A stretch of DNA of 64,000 bases from assembly GCA_001662655.1 (NCBI GenBank), contig KV460206.1. One strand, written 5' to 3'. Position numbers and translations under genes: made by a program. Under the pieces are notes generated by a model that saw nothing but the letters and a program-made list of their open reading frames with translations, did no database searches and was not told the DNA's origin. The DNA comes from Pseudogymnoascus verrucosus (Eukaryota). Shown in pieces: positions 38,935-50,383 of the stretch. The stretch's first letter is position 1. Every line of letters begins with the position of its first letter.

Positions 38935-39461
38935 TATCTCATCATGTAAATATTGGGATAATCCCAAAACCAGTGATGAAAATATTCCATTTCGGAAAGA
39001 GGTTACCATCTGAGCGAAGTAACTGTGGCGGAATGATGTACACTGTGTGGAACAACTTTGGTGTCTGTGTGTTCTAAAGTGGAGAATCTCTCTGGTGGGA
39101 TGCGGGGCAAGTATAACACGGGGTAGCTACTGGCCTCTAGTATGATGTAGCTATTTGTACGCGTACATTGAATCATCATGGAGATATGAAACTCATCGTA
39201 ATTTTCAGAGCTATTCAGGGCAACTTATTGGCTGATGCCCCTAGTGACACCTTGCAAATTAGTGGAAATGATACATTCCCTAGCGCCTACCCCGCATTTT
39301 CCCTTGTCGCCTCGGCTATTGTCCCCTCCTGCACCCCACGAACTAGACCTGGTCTAACAAGCCTGGAGAGAATCCTGCAGGACGACCCCATCCCCTATTC
39401 CAAGTAGATAATATCCATCATTCCTATTTTCGCTGCGCCAAGTTGCGCTGCCACCTTCATA

Positions 39462-41102
39462 ATGTATGCTAATAAAGAAAAGCCGGGACCGAAACCCTTG
39501 ACACCATCCCAGCGAGCACGGAAAAGAGCCGCGGACCGGAAGTTCCGCAAAACATCTCGTGAGAAGACCAAAAGTTATATTGCCCATCTAGAGAAGCTGG
39601 TTGAGGCTAGCAGTGCTCCGTCTAGCGACTCTGAAAAGGTTCAATGTCTCATACAACAGGCGGACGAGAACTACAATGCTGCCCTCCAGCTCCGGTGTAC
39701 CTTGACGAACATTATTGAGATGGCCCAATCAAGCCTCCAAGGGTCAAGCGATCGCATAGCCAGGCCTCCCTTGTCGGCGATAACTGATCTGGCTTTTGCA
39801 GTGGGGGCCAGCGACCAGGAAGGCATACAATCTCCACCTGAGGGCAGCAGTAGCGAAGCCATGGAGACTGTTGGACCAGGTTTCGCTTTGGACCGATGTA
39901 ATAAACAGCCGCATTATCAAGATCTTGAACAGTTGTTTAACGCCGCGGAACCGCTTCAGCGACATAATGATGACTTTACGCCGTTCATATCCATGCCACC
40001 AAACCCAGATCAGATGGAACTGATGGCTGGTAGCACTCCGGATCCTTTCCAGGTAATCTCCAATATGTCAGGTCCAGAGGAGGCATACTGCTGCCGCGAA
40101 TCGGCTTCTCCAGAAACCTCTGAACCGCCAAAATCAGCTCTCTTAACGCCGTGTTCGAACAACGGTTCCATGTCTATGTGGAATTCATTGGAAACCATTA
40201 CACACAACGCCCTAGCTTCGACCAAACAGATCAGACCATTGGTCTTTGGCCAAATACAGAGGGCCCACGATGATAATGTTTTGGTTACAGCGCTCGTGCA
40301 CGGTTGGAATCTAGTACCGGAAAAATACTTACTGGATCCCATCTGGCAAGCGATTCGTCATATGGACGAGGAAATTCTGTCGCTTTATGGAGCCGTGGAG
40401 AAGCTTGCTATGATGTATATATTGGCATTACAACTCTCGGTAGGTTGATATTTCACGTCCACATTTACAGTGGTGCTGATTTGCATCTGGTAGCAATATC
40501 TCAGAGGGGGGCAGATTTGCGAGCTCCCGACTTTCATGCGCCCAAGGTACGTAAATGAAGCGGCTTCTCTTGTTGGTTCTCGTGCCAACATACCCAATAG
40601 GCCCTTTCAATCAGTCATAGATCATTCCCCTTCTGCGAGCTATTATGTATGGTGAGGATCCTCTTCTTTAATTACAACTTCTAAAGTACGGCATTGCCTG
40701 ACTCTATTCTATTGTTACAGGCCCGGATTTCGTGAGCACCTCGTTGTGTGGCCACAGAAATATTCGGCGAATAAATGTCTTGCATATATGGGCTCTTGTT
40801 TTCGATTCGCTTGGTCCCTTGACGAGCAAAGCCTATACACCTGGGATACACGTACGGGGTTGTATTCATTATCAACGGAGTTTTCTAAGCGAGTGCGGGA
40901 TTTGCAATGCTGGACGGTCCAACGACGATTCTTTGACGAATATCCAGAGCTTCGTGGGGAAATACCGACCGACGGTGCTGAGCTGATAATTCCGTATCAT
41001 TTGTCACTAGATACAGGCCAGCAAGACCCCCACGGTCAGCGTCACGAAAATGAACTACCCTTTGCCGCTCTAGATAGCTTCCTAGATCCTATTTGCTTTT
41101 AG
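39462..41102 (+). CDS. bZIP transcription factor with C-terminal DUF3425-type domain; introns 40440-40493, 40547-40600, 40652-40720
   Basis: Basic region RARKRAADRKFRKTSREKTKSYIAHLE. The spliced C-terminus LPTFMRPRPFQ...WPGFREHL...LQCWTV...FF..YPEL is typical of fungal bZIP-DUF3425 proteins. All splices preserve frame. Confidence 0.85.
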
Positions 41103-41548
41103 TATCTCTATAAATCAAGCTGTACTTCAACTTTCTAGATGTCTAAAAGTTTCAAAATTTGATTTGGAGGACATGCAGTTTAGGAAGGAATCTACCCTTA
41201 GAAGTGAGTTGATCTAAGGCTTGAATACTAATAGTAGGCAGATCTCTAATGGGAAACTGCTATCAACCTTGCAAATGGGTACAACCCCTGAGGCGATACT
41301 CTAATAGGGGGGGTCTGTGAGACTAGCAATGATAGCCCAGTTGTTGAGCCTTGGAGATGGCGTGATCTGTCTGTTGGCAAGGGAAGGGGGTGTTATCCTG
41401 CGAGGGCTAGCCGTAAGGTACAGTGCGTATTCGTACGGGTCAGTGCTGAAATTGCTGTAAACTTGTATACAGAACAACACTTAAACTTTGGGCTCATCGC
41501 AAAAGCAACGGGGAGCTGGTCGGGCTGCTTTTGCGACGAGGTAAAGTC

Positions 41549-41710
41549 CATAAGTGGCAATACGGTATTGGTTAACAACAAGAAGCATCAGTGGTTTAGT
41601 GGTAATAAATCCATCGTTGCCATAATAAATCTTAGGCCCTGTAATGCTGGTTTGTTTCCCTAGTTTTCCATTCTGTGAATCTTAAAGAGCGGCAGCTTAT
41701 GGCGCTTAGC
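41549..41710 (+). repeat. tRNA-Gly-derived direct repeat, copy B
   Basis: 41585-41623 matches the tRNA-Gly 5' half. Shares TTCTGTGAATCTT and TGGCGCTT.GC downstream, and CAATACG..ATTGG...ACAACA upstream, with copy A. Confidence 0.9.
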
Positions 41711-42059
41711 AGTTTATAGGTTCTAATCTATAGATGTAATAGTTATATTTAATCTTAGATTACAAAGGTAGGTTAGAGCGCTGCTGCTGCCCCCTTACCG
41801 CTACCCCCTTACAGCTACACGTGCAAGCTTATCTAATACGTTATATTGCTAAGAACCAATATACTATTGCCAACACTACTACCGAAGTATCTGTAAATAC
41901 TTGCCTCACCTGAATAAAGTCGCTTAGATACTTACCGTACCTAGGGAAGACCTAGATACTACCTAGGTAGTAGTATCTGCTATACACTTAAATTAAGATT
42001 ACAGCTTTCTAAGTTTCTATTTCACTTCGTCATTATACTAATCTATTATACTATAGCTA

Positions 42060-43868
42060 TCATGGCAGCTCCACTACACTCGCCTTCTTATATTCGCCAT
42101 GCAACTCCCCAACCACTCCATTATGATCGCTATGCAACTCCCCCACCGGTGCCTGCGTATACAACTCTGACGGCCCGTACCCCTGACCTGCATGTCTATC
42201 GCAAACACCAGCTAGCCCGTCGTTACCCACGTGCGCCTCAGCAAACAAGTTCACATTCTCCCTGTCTGCCTTCCGTCTTCTCGCGCGGCTATACAGAAGA
42301 CACGCAAGCACAACAATCACCGCAACACCGCCCACTGCGCCGACAGCGATCCCTGCTATCACGCCCCTCGACAGCGCCGAGTCGGGCAAAGTGTGTGCAA
42401 TATCTGCTCCTGTCCCATTCCCGGAAGCGGTTGAGCCGGTAGGCACTATGGCGTTTCCGTCACCGTCGATGCCGTCTTCCCAGTACCCCTTCCAGCTGTC
42501 CTCCCAGCCGTTATCCGCGCCCTTGAGCGTTTTGTCACCAGGAAAGATGGATGTCAGCGGTGAGAGAGAGGGAGTGTTTGGCCCGGGCGCTTGAGCGAGG
42601 AACCATAACCCGTCGCCGCCCCAGTTCACGCCCACGAACGCCGCTTGTAGGAACGCGCGCCCGAGACCGTAGTTCTCTCCAAGTGTTTCGACTTGGGCGG
42701 GCCGGCATGGGAAGTACGGTATCGGGCTGGAGACGAGGGGGGTAGTGAGCGTTAGGTTGAGCAGCGCGAAGGGGACGGAGATGGTCATGTTGGCAGTTAT
42801 GGAGGAGGAGAGGCGGAATGTGAAAGTTAGAGACGCGGGAGATGATATTATGGTCGTATAAAGCGGCGAGGTGACGTCCCAGATGTAGAGGGAGAGGAGG
42901 GGGTTGTAGGTCAGGGGTAGGAGCGAGGTTATGGCGTCGCAGGTGGATTTAGGGAGATAGAGGTACGGGGACGCGGAGTCGATAACGACGGGAAGGGAAG
43001 TGCCTATGGATGCGTTGTTGGACGCCAACAGTCCCGATTTGGAGGTAAATTCGAAGGGTGATTTGCCAGATGAGACGGAGATCCCGATATCAAGCAGGTC
43101 GATGGGGAGTTTGAGGATAGTGTAGGGTTGTGCGGACACGGGGCCTATGATTCGTGTTGGGTCGTAGCCACCGAGGATGAGGGATGGACGGACCCCGGCA
43201 GCTACGGACCCAATGTGCATGCCGTATGAGTTCGACGGGATTTGGCCAGCCTCGAAGAGGGTTCCAGGGAGGAACGTGGCGTTGAAGCGGCTTCCGGCAT
43301 GTACCCACGACTGGTTTATGTTCGGCGCGCCGAGTGAGAGTTTGCCAACTTCAGCAGCATATGTAGAGCCCGAAGGAAGCGTGTTGTAGCCGCGGGAAAT
43401 GACCATGGTGGACAAATTGCGAATCGTGTTCTGGCCGTTGTTTCCCACGACGCCATCCCGAAGAGTTAGGGAGAGTGTGTCGAACATCCATTCCGCGTCG
43501 CCAGACATGGATGGGATGCCACCGCCATTGACACAGAAATTGCCATTTTTGATTGTTCCTGTCTCTGAGATTGTGACCAAGGAACTTGATTTTTCGGGAT
43601 CGAAAAGGCCAGCCGCGTTCGCATTGCAACCGGATAGCGTCGTGCTGGTCGAACATACTGAAGAGCTGAGGATTTGTGTCTCCCAGGCGCCGGCAGGAAT
43701 GAGATCCATTTGCTGAGCAGGAGTGCCGAGCTTGACAGTGACGGCGTGCCAAGGGCCATCAGGCCCATAAGTTTGAGAGGACCATAGAATAACGTGTGGT
43801 CCAGCAGCAAGAGTATATGCAATACATAAACAGAAGATCGGGACTGCTCTCAGTACAAGTATTAGCAT
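42060..43868 (-). CDS. Membrane-anchored aspartic-protease-like (pepsin fold) protein
   Basis: Signal peptide, YGPDGPW, SNSYGMHIGS, LILGGYD, IDSAS and LGRAFLQAAF motifs, a C-terminal TM helix, and a cytoplasmic tail with ELx repeats. Confidence 0.85.
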   Translation of the reverse strand: MLILVLRAVPIFCLCIAYTLAAGPHVILWSSQTYGPDGPWHAVTVKLGTPAQQMDLIPAGAWETQILSSSVCSTSTTLSGCNANAAGLFDPEKSSSLVTISETGTIKNGNFCVNGGGIPSMSGDAEWMFDTLSLTLRDGVVGNNGQNTIRNLSTMVISRGYNTLPSGSTYAAEVGKLSLGAPNINQSWVHAGSRFNATFLPGTLFEAGQIPSNSYGMHIGSVAAGVRPSLILGGYDPTRIIGPVSAQPYTILKLPIDLLDIGISVSSGKSPFEFTSKSGLLASNNASIGTSLPVVIDSASPYLYLPKSTCDAITSLLPLTYNPLLSLYIWDVTSPLYTTIISSPASLTFTFRLSSSITANMTISVPFALLNLTLTTPLVSSPIPYFPCRPAQVETLGENYGLGRAFLQAAFVGVNWGGDGLWFLAQAPGPNTPSLSPLTSIFPGDKTLKGADNGWEDSWKGYWEDGIDGDGNAIVPTGSTASGNGTGADIAHTLPDSALSRGVIAGIAVGAVGGVAVIVVLACLLYSRARRRKADRENVNLFAEAHVGNDGLAGVCDRHAGQGYGPSELYTQAPVGELHSDHNGVVGELHGEYKKASVVELP

Positions 43869-45535
43869 GATAGCTAGGACTGCGCCGCTATAAAGATGAT
43901 AACGTGTATCTGTACAGGACGAGATCGATCTCTTAATGTTCTGAACGGAAGAGGAGCAAAGGATGAAGAAGACTATCTTCTGGAATCATCTACATGCGAT
44001 CTTATTTGGACCAATCATGGCAAACGTCATGTTGGTGTTTTGGATTTGGCCCCTATGTTACGAATGTGGCTCGATCGGCAGGACAGCCGCCCAAAATTCT
44101 TCGAATGAGGCCAAGTTGGCCAATAGTATACTTTATTTTAGCGCTGGATATTTAGGTCAGGCGCCTAAGTGATTTTTGGCATCTACCTGTGGGGGAGCCC
44201 ACAGTGGTGGGTTCTGTTGGACGGAGGATTCGGGCCGGGCGGGGATTCACAGCGAAAATGGCTGGGTATCTCACGAACGGTAGAACTATCACTTCGAATA
44301 GAGGTGCAGGCGGGCACTTAATCGTCGTACCCAACTTCTCGCTCTGCTCAAGGTTGGAGTAAGCGGGTTGTGCGGTTTTCGCGTTTGGAGAAGCGGGTTG
44401 TGCGGTTTTGCACTTTAGGTGTAATAAGTACCTTATAATAGTAATTTGTATGTAAAGATACTTAAAAGAGCTATTCTTCGAAACTACTACTCTACTCTAC
44501 TCTACTGATTTAGCACGCTGGATATGCTTACTAGTCCTCCGCTAATGCAACGCTAAAGTCTAATCTAACCGAATCTGACCGCCACAACCCCTGTTGACAC
44601 CCGGCCAAGTTTCCTTGACGCCTGGCCAGCCAGGACCCCTTCGCGGTCCATTCTTGATCGTGAACGCACCTATGAATTCGCTCTGCCGGAGGTGAAGATG
44701 ATATTGATCTTGTGGTGTGAGCCCAAAGGAAGGCCGTGCCTCATCTGAACGGCCGTCAAAAGGCACATCCTATCGCCAAGGATTGGTCATAGCTCGAAAA
44801 GGAATCTCATGCTCTGGTATTCACAATTTCTATGTTAAGGTATTCGCAGTGGATTAGGATAACGGGACTCCTCACCATACACCCGTGTGTAAGTCCCAAT
44901 CGGAGCGCCTCCTCGCTTATCCTCCAGGATATATGAATGGCGCAGATTGGAGGCGTGCTGAGAATACATTTGCATCAGACGAAAGCACTAGTTCGTCAGA
45001 CGAGGAAGTAATCATTCCTTTTCCCATCTTCACCGACCTTCGCTATGGTCTGTCTCGGCATCAAAGAAGGCTGACCTCAATGCAGGCAGTCCTTTCAATC
45101 CTCCTGCGCGTCCGACGCACGATTCTTCACCACCACAGTCTGGCCGAACTTGAGATATCTAGTGGTACTACGGTGGCTGGGGCTGAATTGCATTGTACAG
45201 AGGTCGGTGGAGGCTAGTACCTATACGTAACTTTAGAGATTTTTGGTTATAGCAAAGCTCCCTATCGACCAACTGAAGGTAGTTGACCTCTGTATGGCGA
45301 GTGACATCCTCCCGTTCGAATACGGAGAACGCGGCCAAAAGTCCAGAGAATATAAAGATGTGCAGCGTTCCCCAAATATTCCACGGCGTCGAGACAGCTC
45401 CAGGTTCAAATCTTGGACCATTGCGTTCTATTATCCATTCTCAAATATTACTACCACCCTCAGCCCATCGAGAAAGACTTACTCTGCATGGTCAATAAAG
45501 CGATATCGACAGCATCACTTACCTGTTCGCCCGAT

Positions 45536-48500
45536 ATGCCCGCCTCAGCCTCTTACTTATCACGATACGGTTATGAATTTGTCGTATCAACTACTCAGGC
45601 TAGTATCAACTCTGGCCTTCTGGAATATTTTAGTCAAGGCAACCAGCCAGTCACTTACATATGTTTCCTTGCAGCGAACAAGAAAACAAAAACTCCCCCA
45701 CAACAGATATCCTTGGAAGATCTGATGAAAAAGACTGGTGGCATAAATCTATTCGACATTCCAGATGAGACTGATTACGACGATGATCGGATTACAGTAC
45801 TTACCAGAGCGAGGTTTGTTTGTGGCTTTAAGATGCAGATCGGGCTGCCCTCTGGGTTTTTGCCGAAGGACCTTCCCCCGGTTGTGGTTCTGGGAAACAG
45901 CGCGAACAATTTACTGTTCAGAATGTACTGTTCGCAGTTCTCTCTGTCGTCCAGAACAGTCCACCTGATGGTTTCGACTCTGACTCCGGCACTTGGAGTG
46001 TGTGGCATCAACCTACGGGTCAAACTTCAAGCCAGCCGTGGTCCGTGGAAACATCGGTAAACCTAGTCGTCGAAGATCTTGATCGCAATCTGACGAATAG
46101 CCAGCACTTCAAGAACCACCCTGTAGAGAAAGCTAACCTCCTCGCCTCTCTGAACAATCTGGGAGCCACCGCCTTTAGCTTACAGCAGTTGGTGCTAGAT
46201 CTCGAAAATGCGATAATGCAAACACTTCCGCGGCTCGGCGGCAGCCTCAAAGGGTCTGATGTCGAGGCCTTACTCACCAAGTATTTTGTTAGCATCTACT
46301 GGGACAATGCCAAACAGATCGGGCAGCCTCTCATCTCTGTTCATGCCGTATCGGACTCTCCAGATGCATCTCAGTTGCAAATGACTTCATTCGAGCGAGC
46401 CGTAAGCCAGATGGTAGACGACAAGGGGTTTGTTACCTAGGATCCATCAGCTCTTGAAAAAGATGTTACGACACTCAACTTCCTCTGTGCTATTAACGGT
46501 CACATACGCCCATCTCTACCCGCTGGCTCTACGGCATTCAGTTGGAACTAGGTGGAACCTAGCGATATTAATGTAGAGAGTGGTATCATTTCAATCAACC
46601 GCAACGTCATTGCAGAGCATTTTCGACAGCAACTGGCGCTCGTAATTCCACACGCTTGCTTCAATTCAGAGGTCCACGTTTCTGCCGATTAGAAGGACAG
46701 TAGCTTGACATATAGCTGGACCTTAACGGGCGGCCAACAACCACACGATCTTGGCATCACTCCCGGCGATCAGTCAAGGGTCATATATGCTGATTACTCC
46801 TCAAATGGTGAAGACTCGGCTTCTTCAGGAGCCGTGAATGGAGCCCTTCGAATCAATCCCACCTATACCTGCAACGTGTTCTTCGAGGACAACACAATCA
46901 AAGTGGTCTAACAGCTACTTGTGTTCATGCACGCTCGCAGAAATCTCACGTCAGTGGACTTCAATATTGTCAATAAGACTTTGACCGATGTGTACACAAT
47001 TTCGGTTGACTAGGAAGGTATCATTCAAATATCTCAGCCGGCGTCCAGCGTGGACGAGATTAACGAAGGACCCAACGTGAATGACTTCGTCAACTTCTTC
47101 ATCAATCTCGAGCAAACTGCCAACGATATCAAGAAGAAAGTCAGCGGCTTCACCAGCACAACGCTAAAAACCTTTGACTTCAGATCCTTGCAGTCCTTCG
47201 TTTTTCCTGGAGGAAAGGTCTTCACGTATAAATCTGCCACATTCTCTAAGCATCAAGATCTTATCTGTGCTATCACGTATGTGAAGCCGAGCCCAAATCA
47301 AGTGCCACAGGATTGGAGCAAACTTAACCCAGGCATCGCACCTCCATTTCCGATTCCTGGTGGCAATCAGGGTTTGCCACAAGGCGGCCCAACTGTTGCA
47401 CCTCCATTCTTTTTGCCAGACCCTCCACCACCAAAGGGTGATTCCACCCCAGCAGTATCAACAGATCAGAATACTAACACGTTAAGGCCTTCAACACCCC
47501 TAAAGCTGACATATTCATCTGAGATGATGCGAAACTACGTACAGGGAGCGATTGTGTCACCGGTGGGCAAGTTTGTTGGCCTGCAGTCGGATGATGGGCA
47601 TACTTTGTTATTCTCCACGGGCACAGACAATGTACTTAATGTGATTGAGGAGCAAAATGGCAAGACGCAAACTGGCTGGGTGCTGAATGACATTTCTTCT
47701 GCAGCAATTTCATCTACTATCCGAGAGGGTAAGGTCCGCACTTTCGATGCTGGACAGAGTGTGTTTGATGGGACCATTGGCCTCGCAATGGCTGTGACAT
47801 CTGGTAATTTAGACAATCCCTTCATATCACTTTTCAACTCTAGCCTCAATACCTCTTGGATTGCTAAGCCGAACTGGACACTGTGTCCATTTGATGCCAC
47901 TGGCAATATCCCGTCTGCCATCAGAATTGTGTCAATCCTTCGCAGAAACGAGAGAAAAGGATCAGTATCTGATTGTTGACATCGACCGCTCCCTGGTGTC
48001 GAATGTTAAGGATATTGCTCGTTACTATATAGACCCGGCAAGGAGGAGTGGAACTTACTAGGAGGAGCATGATGTACCTGTGGACATTGAGGAAGACAGA
48101 TATCAAAGTTGCGTCGGCAGAGCACTGCATGCCGTAGTTGATGGTGTTTACACAGCCGGTATTTCTGGAGTTTCTGCACAGCTAGTCTATGTGCCAATGA
48201 TCAATGTGTTCAGTCGCGGTCCTCCTATGCCAACACGCCTCACTATGCCTGGCAGCGCAACTCCTTCGGCCATTGCTGCAGCCTGGAACGACAACCAAAG
48301 TTCGGAACTGCATGGAACCCCCGATCTCTACGTGACCAGTGGCTCGACACTTTTTCGTTTCAGTGCTGAGGATCAGGAGTCTGACGGTGCCCTCGGGAAG
48401 CCTCTGTTGACAAGCAAGGTCATCTCTGAGACCAGCAAGTTGATCGCCATGACACATAATGGGGTGACCACTCTGTGGGGGAGAAACGGTAGTGACGAAG

Positions 48501-50383
48501 TCTTCTATACCTCATGCGCTGCTAATACAGTGTCTGACCCTAAGTCTTGGAGCTCTCCTGTCCCGATATTGTTTGGCATCGAGCAAATATCTCCTTATGT
48601 CAACAAAAGCGACGGAGGCAATACCATCTTCGCTTCAGGCGCAGGTAAACTGCAGAAATTGGTCCAGGCAACCGGGACCTCATCAAAGATGTGGCAGGCA
48701 CAAGAAATCAAGCTCACAGCACCACCAAGGCAGGAATCGCTGTCATTCAATTCATACACTACCAGTATTCAGGTTGCAGACGAGCAAGGACTGCCTGCAC
48801 GAGGTTTGGAGATTGCTGTTTCTGCCAAAGTTCGATCTCCAGTGTATATCAACGGGATCTATTATATTCTACAACAAAGTCCTACGAAAGTGGCCACAGA
48901 CTCTGCCGGGTCTATCACGATCATAGAAGCAACCAATAGCATCAATGGCACTATCATCGCCGTCGCAGTGCCCGGTGCCGGAACCACGGCCATTAACCCA
49001 ATGGAGAAGCCTTTCAAGAAGCTCGCAGCTCTTAACTCCCAAGGTTCACTCATGAGCAAATAATCCCATCATCGGGAGCTTTCCGAATCCTGGTGAAGGA
49101 CAAACTGCACTGTCAATGCTATTCGCAAATCATTTTCGCGATCACGTCGGCTCAATATCTATGATAAGTGGCATTCCATCTATGAACATGGCCCAGAGTC
49201 TGGTCGACGACCTCCTTGGAGCAGTATCAAAAGAAGGTGCCGTCTTGTCTGCGGTCTACGACCAGCTCCAAACGCTCGCAAGAGACTTCCCATCCATGAA
49301 CGTAGGTCAGGTACTTCAGCGTGTGGCTGGGATCATAGTTGATGGGGTACTATCGAGCGTGCAAGTCGTGGTGGATGCTCTGCTTAAGGTACTGGTAGAG
49401 GTGGCTAGTGCGACCATTGGAATCTTGGAGGCGAAGCTCCACATACCCATAATCTCGGATATACTCAATGAACTGGGCATTCCGGACGTTTCCTTCCTCG
49501 ATTTATTTCTCTGGATTGCTTCTGTGGGGTATACGGTTGTGTACAAGATCGCGAAGGGTTCTGCGCCTTTTCCGGACAACGATGGGACTGCCAAGTTGAT
49601 TTCAGCGCCTGACTGGAGTAGCCTTGCCGCTCTTTTCCACCCTACAGTACCAGTCTCGAGAATGGCAGTGACTACACCTCTACACACATCCTCGTTCATC
49701 GGTGACCAAGCAGACCCTGTCAAGCCTGCGAGCACCGAAGACTCAGATGATTTTTACAAGCATTCCGTTTATGTTGCAGGCCATGGCATTGCAGGTTTTC
49801 TCTCCTCCATCGGCTTGCTTGATCCTTGTCGTCCCAGAGGCCACGCAGGATACAAGCGATAGTGACTGGTCAATACCCGCCGCTGTCATGGGCGTTATCA
49901 TGGGGGCTTCTCTGGAGGCAGCTAATTGGTTTCTGCCTCCTTACCCGATCGAAGACAAGTACATGAGTGGCTCCATGATGTCCATATCAGGCATCACGAT
50001 TCTCTCGAAGATATTGTTTTGTGGTCCCATACAGAGAAAGTTCGGGGCTTCGAAAAGTGTAATGAAGAGTCTAAAGGAAGAATTTAAAGGTTGCTGACGG
50101 ACGAGCAACGGGCGCGATCATAAACGCAACTTTGGTCATCGCTTCGCTGACTGGTACCGGCTGGCACTTCTCTGAGCTGAGAGATAAGCCAGATGGCCCG
50201 AAGAAGACAGCTGCGATTCTGGGCGAGGCGTCTAATTTGTGTCAGTACGTGTCACGGGTCTCATATGCTGCAGCTGTGAATACCGAAATCCCAAACGTCA
50301 AGATGGTTGAAGTAGAAGTTCTCGCAGTGAGCATGTTCGGGACGGCGGGTCTGCAATATGGAATGGCAGCCATTCAGTGGTGA
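45536..50383 (+). pseudogene. Large multidomain hypothetical gene (about 1,600 codons), disrupted
   Basis: Consecutive same-strand ORF fragments read as one protein. In-frame stops at 46438, 46549, 46690, 46909, 47011 and 48059. Frame breaks near 45945, 47940, 49063, 49815 and 50085. Confidence 0.8.

Noticed and set aside
44360..44510. Short repeats (AAGCGGGTTGTGCGGTTTT x2; CTACT run)
   Set aside because: Too short and without termini or TSD to define an element.
44885..45217. 110-aa ORF and the many other short or antisense ORFs in the track
   Set aside because: Non-ATG starts, overlap with real genes on the opposite strand or in other frames, and no recognisable motifs.
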